Assembly: GCA_043228905.1 (NCBI GenBank) | Contig: JBHGNT010000001.1 | Coordinates: 23,870,001 to 23,934,000, forward strand | Reading direction: 5' to 3' | From: Azolla caroliniana | Lineage: Eukaryota; Plantae; Polypodiophyta | DNA: 64,000 nt | Shown here: piece after piece, positions 51,682 through 60,951 of the stretch | Position numbering within the stretch: position 1 is the stretch's first letter | Layout of the letters: each line of letters starts with the position of its first letter | Made by a program: the position numbers and the translations under genes | Notes under the pieces: generated by a model | What the model saw: the letters and a program-made list of their open reading frames with translations, nothing else | What the model was told of the DNA's origin: nothing | Database searches by the model: none

Positions 51682-53821
51682 TGTCACATACACAACAACC
51701 ACGGACTTGGACGAAGCACGACTGAAATTACGAAGCTAGGAACGACACAAGATCATGAAGAAGGAGACAAGATAGAATGGAACAAGAAGACGAGATTGAT
51801 ATGTTAGTGACTGGCTTTGAATTCCTTGAAAGGGATCAAGGAAGTTACAAGTATTTATACATGTTTGTGGCATCGATATGTAGTTCCATGCATCAACCCA
51901 TTTTCACGCAGAAGCTTCTAGAGCTTTCTGGAAGCTTCTAAAAACTCCTAGAACTTGGAATAGATAATCTACTAAGATATACATAATGTGACCATGTATT
52001 TGGATGTGTGGGTTAGAATATAACACTTGACTATATACAAGAGGTGTAGAGTTCGAATCTTGATATGACTTTTGTCATGTCCGTGACATTATCCTCCCCT
52101 TTATGGCCGCCTTTTCAAAAGGGTGGCAGTCATGTCCGTGACATTATCATCCCCTTTACGACCACTTTTTCGGAAGTGTGGTGTAGGGGTGAGCTGAAAG
52201 AGAAAATCGGAGTAGGTTGAGGAGTGGCTGACCATGTGCGGTCCTCACCGGAGAATGGAACACGAGTGAACGTGAGCGACCATGTGTGGTCCTCATCGGG
52301 AATTGAAGCACCATCGGGCCTGAGCGACCATGTACGGTCCTCACTAGAGACACGAACACCAACGGACGTGAGCGACCTTGTGCAGTCCTCACCGGAGACA
52401 CGAACACCAACGAGCATGAGTGACCATGTGTGGTCCTCATCGGGAATTGAAGCACCATCGGGCCTGAGCGACCATGTACGGTCCTCACTAGAGACACGAA
52501 CACCAACGGACGTGAGCGACCTTGTGCAGTCCTCACCGGAGACACGAACACCAACGGGCATGAGTGACCATGTGCGGTCCTCACCGGGGACATGAACACC
52601 AACGGGCGTGAGCAACCATGTGCGGTCCTCACCGGGGACCGGGACACGACCGGGCGTGAGCGACCTTGTGCGGTTCTCACCGGGGACACGAACACAAATG
52701 GGCGTGGGCGACCATGTGCGGTCCTCACCGGGAACTGGGACACTTGATGCCGATGAAGGCTAGGCAAACTAGTGTTGATGACGACACCAAGAGGTGTTGA
52801 AGATGATGATGTCAAAGATGAAGCAATGAAGATAATGATGTTGATGAAGTGTCTCTGGAACCAATGATTGTGACTATGGTAATGATGGAAACAAAGAAAT
52901 AGATGAAGAGGATAAAAAACACAGAGATCGAGACGTTGAGGATAAAAAGAAACACAAAGACAGATATAGAGGATGATTGAAAACATCGTGATAGGGGTGA
53001 AGATGATAAGAAACACATATATAGGGATGATGATGATAAGAAACACATAGATAGAGATGAAAACGGCAGGAAACATAGGGAGAAGGATGACAATGACAAA
53101 AAATGCAGAGATAGGGATGTGGAAGATGATAAGAAGCGTAAAGATAGGGATGGCGATGATAAGAAACACGGAGATAGATATGTGGAGGATGAGAAGAAAC
53201 TAAAAAACAAAGACGATGATGAGGGAAAACTAAAAGACAGAGACAACGATGAGAAGAAACTAGGAGATAGAGATGGCGAGGAAAATAGGAAACGAAGGGA
53301 TGTTGATGATTGGAAGTAAGGACGATGACGATGGTAACTCTAGCAACAAGGGCAATGACGAAGACGAGTGATGCTTCTAGTTGGAAGGGATTCAAACTGT
53401 CACAGACACACCAACCATGGACTTGAACGAAGCACGATTGAACTTAAGAAGCTAGGAACGATACAAGATCATAAAGACAAAGATCATGAAGAAGTAGACA
53501 AGATGGAATGGAACAAGAAGACTAGATTGATATGTTAGTGACTAGCGTTGAATCCCTTGAAAGGGATCAAGGAAGTTACAAGTATTTATACATGTTTGTG
53601 GCCTCTACATGTAATTCCATCCATCGACCCATTTTCATGCAGAAGCTTCTGGAGCTTTTTCTGGAAGCTTCTAAAAACTCCTAGAACTTGGAATAGATAA
53701 TCTACTAAAATATAGATAATATGACCATGCATTTGGATGTGTTGGTTAGAATATAACAATTGACTATATACAAGAGGTGAAGAGTTCGAATCTTGACATG
53801 ACTGTATTCATGTCCGTGACA
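51682..53821 (-). mobile_element. Complete 2.1-kb non-autonomous LTR element N2; 5' LTR 53398-53821, 3' LTR 51682-52088
   Basis: TGTCAC...GTGACA LTRs; TSD CAATG/CTATG; PBS-position 11-mer at 53385-53395; PPT at about 52092-52103; no recognisable retroelement protein. Confidence 0.92.
52230..52745 (-). repeat. 48-bp tandem array in N2 (11 units) with a 144-bp higher-order duplication
   Basis: Units start every 48 bp from 52230 to 52710; 52278-52421 is nearly identical to 52422-52565. Confidence 0.95.
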
Positions 53822-55049
53822 CTATGAGTCTATGGTAAATGTACTAGATGAATTACATGTGTGGCATGTGCTCTTAATACATTGCCATGAATGTATGAGA
53901 CTATGGTCCACATATGGATAAGACAAGGTCCACCATGTGATAAACGTTGGCTATAGGTTGTCTAATACTATCTATCAAGGTAGAAGATATTACCTATGGT
54001 GTTCCATGTATGAAATGGCCATTGGACACATGTTATACCAACTTGTATAGTTACAAGAAGTAGTGGCCTTGTCGGCTACACATTGTCATTTGAGACCACC
54101 ATTGGGGAACTCATGTATTAGGGTTTCTCATCCTCCTCCCCTTGGTTCTCGCCCTCTCCCATGTGTGTGTGACCCTAGAAGTGTGAAGGGTTTGGACCAC
54201 CGAAACTCGTCATTGGTATTAGAGTTGAGCAAGAAAAGGGAGTATATGTGTAACTACGAACTACTCCATAAGAGGACCACTTCTTGATAGGTAACCCATT
54301 TGAGTTTTATTCTCATAAGTAATTGTCTAACTTGTAAGACATTAATAGTTGAGACATAGTACAATTGTTTAAAAAAGCGTATTTTTATGTTTAAAATACA
54401 TTTTAGAATACTTCGAAGTATTTAACATGCATTCTACGTTTTAGAATTGCCATTTAAAAAATGTTTCACGTATTTGATGCATTCTATGTATTCTTAATAT
54501 TCTACTTATTTAACAAGTATTTAATGTTCTCCCAAATAAATTTAACTTTGGCCAGAACATATTTTTAGATGCATTACAACTATGAGAAGCATTTAACGTA
54601 TTCTATGTATTCTACGTATTGTCTACATATTTAATGTATTTTATCTTTAGAATATGCATTCTAAGTATTTCCAAAAAGGTTAAGAGAATTTTTAGAATAC
54701 ATAACATACATATTGTATGCTAAGCTTTCTAAAACATTAGACATATGTATTCACTTGTTGATTGTTTGGGAAGTACTAATCATAATTTCATGCAACCTAT
54801 TGTTACGCATAATAATAAGCAATTTCTTCACAAGATTTGAGTTGTGGTGGAATATCCCATTGCATTTGCAAGCATATTTCTATAGTTTGATAAGGTTGTA
54901 ATAATTTTATTTTCCAAAAAAATAAGGTTGTTTTTTTCAATCCTTGAAATGGAAGATGTCGACAACATGCCATTTCTTTTTTGAACACTTATAAGTCACT
55001 TCATATTATGATTTTTGGCATATACAGATAATGGTGTGTGTATAGTTTG

Positions 55050-56090
55050 GTTGAAATTTGATACATTGAGGTACTATTTCTTGGAGATATCGTCTTCAAG
55101 AATATATCTATGTTTCCACTACAAAACCGGAGTATGTCATTGCTAGTGAGGCAATTAAGGAATCAATGTGACTTTCTAGACTAGCATCTTTTATGGGCGT
55201 TACTCAACATGTATCTTGGTTGTTTTGTGACAACCATAGATTGACACATGCGTGATATTCGCCATATTCTCCATGCGTGATATTCTCAATATTCGAGAAT
55301 ACAAAATGGCCCTAAGAATATTTAAAAACCATTCGTTTTGTAAAATAAATATACAAACAATTAATTAATTAATTAATTTAAAAATAAATCAATTTAATTC
55401 ACTAAAAAAAAGAACAATTATTCATTAATAATTTATAAAAATATGATTAGTATAAACTCTCCTTTCTAGTGTCAAATAAAAAAAGAGGAGAGTTTATGAA
55501 CCTTTATTTTATTTAAATAATTGATTTTTTTATTTTAAAAAAACGAATATTTTTTTATTTACTATGAAAACATGATTAATGTGAAGTCTCAATTTTAATG
55601 TCATGTAAAAATATCCATAAATTTTGGGAAAAGAAAAGGTGAAGAATTAATGAACCTTTCTTTTATTTTATTTATTTATTTGGTAAAGAATCAAGATCTC
55701 CAATGAAAATTTATTACTGTCAAGTCTCTCTCAACTCTCTATTTTATTATCCCCTTTTTATTGTCAAGTCCCCCTTTTTTTCCTAAGAAACTAAAAGGAG
55801 GGAGTTCACCTCCTTTTTTTTCCTTTTTTTTTAAAACGAATACTTGACCACACGAATGTATGCGTATTCGTTTGCATTCGAATGGAAAATCCCACGAATG
55901 CGAATATGTCAATCTATGGTGACAACCATTGCCTTGGGCAAGAATCCACTCTATCATGCAAAGACTAGGGATATCGAGGTTTGTATCACTCACTTCATTT
56001 GAGATGAATAGCCATTAAGAGCATTTTTCTTGAGAAGGTCGTTTCTCTAGAAAATGTTCCTTGCCTAAGACCTTACCACACGATGCATTT
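55050..56090 (+). pseudogene. Highly decayed Copia RNase H relic, split by a MITE
   Basis: STTKPEYVIASEAIKE..LFCDN before the MITE and KNP.YHAKTRDIEV..HFI after it. Confidence 0.7.
55235..55918. mobile_element. hAT-superfamily MITE (684 bp)
   Basis: Perfect 12-bp TIRs CATAGATTGACA / TGTCAATCTATG; 8-bp TSD GTGACAAC (55227-55234 / 55919-55926); CGAAT/ATTCG subterminal motifs; AT-rich core. Confidence 0.9.
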
Positions 56091-57593
56091 GGACATTATT
56101 GTTGCTTGATGGGGATATTGCGTTGTGTTTTTCTACCTTTTTTCCCAAAAATGAATCCTACATTAGTATTAAGCAAATGCCCTAAGGCTATGCATACAAG
56201 ATGTCTAACTGAAGTCTAAGTGATGGCTTAAATAAATACTTTAGTGTAGAGTAGAACCACTCCATCTTATTAGAAATCCGTCTATAAAATATGCCTCTGT
56301 CCCAGATGACATGAAACTCCAATCGCTTGAGCTCTGCTTGTTGCGTATTACCTTTTACATTATCCAAAGAACCTTTGAGATTATGCACAATGTCTATCTA
56401 AATCCCATAAATTATTTGGGTAGGTCTTTCCGTCACATTTTGAAATACCTTCAAACACCGAGTCTTCCAAATATACCAAATCGTGGTACTGCTTACCAAT
56501 TGCTATATTGAGGTTTGTTAGTCTCTATTTGTGGATTCAAAGGTATGAATGTTTTTTGCATCAAATGATGTCTCATAGTAATAACATCTAAAACCTCATC
56601 TTGTTCATATACCATTGGTTTACCTTGTACCACCACCCATAATACCGCTTCCCATGTATACATTGCTCAAGAATATATTGGTATTAACAGTCTCCATTTT
56701 TCTACCTTTTTCGCTCACGTTGGCCTTTAATGGGAGATTGTATATATGATATCTGCGAATGAAAAGACTGAATGGCCATTGGACACGTGTTGTATAATTT
56801 TTATGGTTAATATGAATAGTCGCTTGGTCAATCACATTAGGGTTGAGCTTGGCATTGTGAAAACCTCCACATTAGGTTTTCTCCTCTTCCTTCCTATGGT
56901 CCTCTCCCTCTCTGCAAAAAGGTTACCAACACCAAAACTCTTCAAAGGGTGTAATAAGCATCAAAGTACCATGGCATGATAGATTTATGCCTGACAACAT
57001 GATTTTGAATTTTCACAAGTTGGTCTAATGCTCCATTGTGACATGTCATGACACCACGATTCACAAGTTGTTCTTTAGTGCATCATGACACCACAATCTT
57101 GGAATTTCACAAGTTCTTCTAATGCTCCTTTGGGATGTGCCAACTTGAGCTAATGAAGATCTCTACGAGATGAGATCAACGAGAGCAACAACTGTGCATA
57201 CATTTAAATTGTAATCATTCAAGTTTTAAATTGGCGATCCTCAAATAAAGATGAATTGATTCTCAAGTGAGTTCTATGACAAAAACAATATTCGATGACC
57301 TCTGGAAGTTTGAACTTCCATATACAGTAACCATTCGGTTAAGTGTGTGCCCACTTAAGTGCACCATTGTATTAAGTGCGCTTTTTATAGGGGTAAAAAT
57401 CCAGATCAAGAAAATTACATTGTTTCAAGACAAAATTACATCAAACAAAATTGGAACTATGTTCCAAACTTTCAAAAACAAGAAAATCATCAATAAAAAT
57501 AGAAATTATGTTCCATACATTATTTCTACCTCTCCAATCATTAGGAATACCAAAGCACTAGGAAAACTCCCTCACAAAATAAGTGTTATCATG

Positions 57594-58040
57594 TTAGATG
57601 CACAAGCAAAATTCCCTATTAGAAGGTTTATTTCATATGTTGATGATCCAACTAATGCACAACCAGCAAAATGTTCTATTAGAAGGTTGTTTTCTTATGT
57701 TCGAGAAGCTAATTTCATGTAAAAAGCTTGATCATCATGAAAAAAAACATGATTTCTTATGTTAGAGGAGCTAATTTCATGTAAAAAGCTCGATCATCAT
57801 ATTAGATGCATAAGCAAAATTCCCTATTAGAAGGTTGATTTCGTATGTTGAGGATCCAACTAATGCACAACCAGCAAAATGTTCTATTAGAAGGTTGATT
57901 TCTTATGTTTGAGGAGCTAATTTCATGTAAAAAGCCCGATCATCATGAAAAAAATCACGATTTCTTATGTTAGAAGAGCTAATTTCATGTAAAAAGCTTG
58001 ATCATCATAAAAAAAAATCATGATTTCTTATGTTAGAGCA
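57594..58040. repeat. Tandem duplication of an approximately 208-bp unit built from shorter subrepeats
   Basis: ttagatgca..aaattccctattagaagg at 57594 and 57802; gctaatttcatgtaaaaagc occurs four times. Confidence 0.85.
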
Positions 58041-58269
58041 ATCAATTTTCAAATAAAACTGATGATTAAAATAACATTGACAAAGATTTACAAATCAATC
58101 TTTGAAGAGAACCAACAATTTACTCAATTATTGCAATGTTTATTTTGAAATTTATGTTACAAATCAATGCTTTCATAGAAACCTTCACAAATGTTTATAA
58201 AAAGCTTCACAAATTTCTATTAAATTTTTTAATAGAAACCTCCATAAATGTTTGTAAAACCAATCAACA

Positions 58270-59118
58270 TATTGCATGTCTCATGCTTGACTTCGAGAAG
58301 GCGTAGATAAAGTGATGGAGAGGTTGGGACTACCCTCAAAATGGAGATCGGTTGCGTTAGCCCTTTACGAAGGAAGTTTAAGTAGGGTGATGATGTCAGG
58401 ACATTGGGCCCACCAATTCCATTATGCAAGTCTGTCAAGCAAGGGTGCCCGTTGGCCCGCTACCTTTATTTATTTATTGCAGAGGCATTCTCTTTCTTTT
58501 TAAACAGACCAGATGCAGGAATAAGGGGATTAGTTGTCCCACATGCGAGCAAGGAGATGTGGGACTCATCATACGCAAATGACACTATGCTCTATCTACA
58601 AGGCAATGATGATAATTTACAGCATGTTGAAAGACGGATTGAGCTGTTTTGTAAAGTGTCAGGAGGGAAAATCAATTGGAACAAAAGCAAAGGATTTTGG
58701 GTAAGTTCAAACCCATGGCCTCTTTGGTGCCCTAATGTTGATTTTCTATGGGTCCCCAATGGAATGGTTGTTAAATATTTGGGTGTTTTGGTGGGAGTTG
58801 AGACACCTTAAAACCAGCAACTTGAGCAAGTGAGAAAGACAAAATTAGAAAAAAGCTTCGGTTATGGGCATCGGTAAAGCTTTCTCTTGCAGGTAGGGTG
58901 GTCGTGGTAAACCACATGTTGTTAGCCACCATGTGGCACTCGATGTCATGTTGGGTGTTAGACAAAACTTGCATAAAAAACATTAAGGCAATGGTGAGAG
59001 GGTTCCTATGGTCGAGTAGAGATCACGAGACGACATCAGCTAAAGTGGCGTGGAGTTGTTTGATCAAGGTGAAAAACCATGGTGGACTTGGGTTGGTGGA
59101 CCCAGTTCACCAAAGTAA
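58270..59118 (+). mobile_element. LINE (L1-like) reverse transcriptase relic, interrupted by element H
   Basis: LDFEKA, VKQGCPLARYLY, SYANDT, SGGKINWNKS, KYLGV, SLAGRVVVVN, KVAW..L..K.HGGLG. Confidence 0.88.
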
Positions 59119-59279
59119 TGTCATGAAGACATACATCTTGGCTTATCATGACATTCATCTTGGCGAACCAGGAATCGAACCCATAACCTCTTGGTTTACA
59201 TATTGTACTTTAACCATTGTAATAACATATGTGAGATGTAATCATAATAATTATATGTTTAGTTATTACGAGATATTTA

Positions 59280-59403
59280 GAACATTCTAGATTATTCTAG
59301 AATGTTCTTGAATATTTCATGATTATATTTATTATTATTATTATTCATAAATATCTAAAATATTCTAGAACATTCTAGAATACTCCATAAGGGCCTATAA
59401 ATA
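59280..59403 (+). promoter_or_regulatory. LTR promoter of H: two heat-shock-element arrays and a TATA box
   Basis: Alternating GAA/TTC at 5-bp spacing at 59280-59312 and 59363-59380; TATAAATA at 59396. Confidence 0.75.
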
Positions 59404-59752
59404 AGAGTCCATACACTCATCACAACTCATTCGGTTCAACACCAGTCTTTAGCCCTTAGCCTACTCCTTGTAATCTTCTTTCTCATAATACAATCGCATT
59501 CCCATTTCTTATCTCTCACTTATACTTTTCTCTCTCTCGCACTCTCTCCCTCTTTCACTCTCTTTCTATCACTATCGCTATCTCTACCGCTCTCGCCATC
59601 TCTATCGTTATCGTTATCTCTATCGCCATCGCTCTCTCTCTCTGCTTCCTACTCAAGAGTCACGACAGTTTGAACCGAATATTTCTTTTCCCTTTCTCCA
59701 ATAACTCTAGCAAGCTTTCTTCTTTATCCTTCTTTCTTTTTCCCCCGCGGTT

Positions 59753-60880
59753 ATGGAGTCGGTCAGCAAGCAAGAGTATATGCGTGTCCTTTCAGAGCTC
59801 GATATGCTCACCACTAAGTTTGTGGCATTAGAGCAAGAAAATCAAAGGCTACTCGGGGATCTTCAACAAGTCAGTACTGAGAAAGCTCATCAATATGAGG
59901 AGTTATCACAACGGGTTCATCAACTTGAGGCTACTATATTAACATTACGAGAACAAGCGGCGGGGGTTCAAAACTCCCCAAGGGAACCAAAGATTAGCCT
60001 CCCTGCCAAGTTTGATGGTACCAGATCTCTCTTTCGAGGTTTCCTGAATCAAGTTCGTTTGGTGATTCAGTTACATCCCAATCGGTATCCAACTGATGCT
60101 GCCCGTGTGGGATTAATAGGAACCTTGCTAAGCGGTACAGCGTTAGCATGGTTTGCACCACTTCTTGAGAAGAAATCACCATTACTGGAGGATTTCGAGG
60201 CATTCGTTAAGGAGTTTCAAGCTAGTTTTGGAGATACGGATAGCACTAGGACTGCAATAAACAAGATTCGAAGACTCCGACAAGGAGATCGTCCCGCTTC
60301 AGCTTATGCCGCAGATTTCCGTCTCTTGGCATGCGACATCCCTTGGGATGAGGCAGCCTTAATGGATCAATTCCGTCAGGGTTTGCGTAACGATGTCAAA
60401 GATCTTCTTCTTACTTTCCATGAAGATCCAAAGTCTCTTACTGAAGCTATTAGCCGAGCTGTGCGATGTGATAATCGCCTATTTGAGCGACGTTCTGAAC
60501 GTCAACAAATGTTACGCCGCCAACCGAAACAGACATACGCTTCTATAGTCGCCACACCGCCACAAGGTTCTAGACCCGTTACGAGGGATGGTCCCACTCC
60601 GATGGAAATAGAGTCGACACAACGTCGAGGGCCCTTATCAGATGCTGAGAAACAACGACGTCGGGCGCATCGCCTATGCCTCTACTGTGGTGGTCCAGGA
60701 CATATAGCTGTGAATTGTCCACATAAACCCAGGCGTCAAGTTTACCAAGTAAGTGCACATGACAACCCTACATCAAGTTCTACTATCACTTCTAATAACT
60801 TAAGTACTAAGCCTACTAGCCCATGCCATGAGAATAGATTTGATGTCTTGAGCCAATTAGAGGATGTGTTAAACGAATAA
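59753..60880 (+). CDS. gag: Gag of element H (375 aa): coiled coil, PEG10/sushi-like capsid, CCHC knuckle
   Basis: EPKISLPAKFDG..GTALAWF..LRQGDRPASAYAADF..CLYCGGPGHIAVNC. Confidence 0.93.
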   Translation: MESVSKQEYMRVLSELDMLTTKFVALEQENQRLLGDLQQVSTEKAHQYEELSQRVHQLEATILTLREQAAGVQNSPREPKISLPAKFDGTRSLFRGFLNQVRLVIQLHPNRYPTDAARVGLIGTLLSGTALAWFAPLLEKKSPLLEDFEAFVKEFQASFGDTDSTRTAINKIRRLRQGDRPASAYAADFRLLACDIPWDEAALMDQFRQGLRNDVKDLLLTFHEDPKSLTEAISRAVRCDNRLFERRSERQQMLRRQPKQTYASIVATPPQGSRPVTRDGPTPMEIESTQRRGPLSDAEKQRRRAHRLCLYCGGPGHIAVNCPHKPRRQVYQVSAHDNPTSSSTITSNNLSTKPTSPCHENRFDVLSQLEDVLNE

Positions 60881-60951
60881 GTCCGGCCAAAATAGGAGCC
60901 ATTTGGTTGGACCATCCTAGTTATGTAGAGTCAGTACCTAGTTGTGGTTCC
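60868..60951 (+). promoter_or_regulatory. Predicted -1 ribosomal frameshift signal (G_TTA_AAC plus pseudoknot); homologue at 12015-12092
   Basis: Heptamer in the gag frame, 6-nt spacer, 11-bp stem 60881-60891/60902-60912, loop GGAGCCA complementary to TGGTTCC at 60945-60951. Confidence 0.8.

Noticed and set aside
52230-52745. CRISPR-like array (palindromic repeat with intervening sequence), also at 4025-4418
   Set aside because: The linkers are diverged copies of one another rather than unique spacers, there are no cas genes, and the context is a eukaryotic LTR element.
52156-53395. Long hydrophobic ORFs (337, 173 and 144 aa) and a D/K/R-rich ORF in N2 as an env-like or accessory gene
   Set aside because: They arise from stop-poor, low-complexity repeats of about 30 bp and 48 bp that are open in several frames, with no recognisable domain.
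54330-54740. AT-rich segment with repeated ATTCTA motifs as a MITE
   Set aside because: No convincing TIR pair or TSD found by eye.
59161-59228. Functional tRNA genes inside the LTRs of E, H and N
   Set aside because: Acceptor and anticodon stems do not pair properly, and the CCA in H is too close to the T arm. Kept only as a tRNA-like promoter module.
60892-60920. Alternative pseudoknot pairing TAGGA with the adjacent TCCTA
   Set aside because: It would leave a 2-nt loop to span an 11-bp stem; the distal GGAGCC/GGTTCC pairing is more plausible and is conserved in E.
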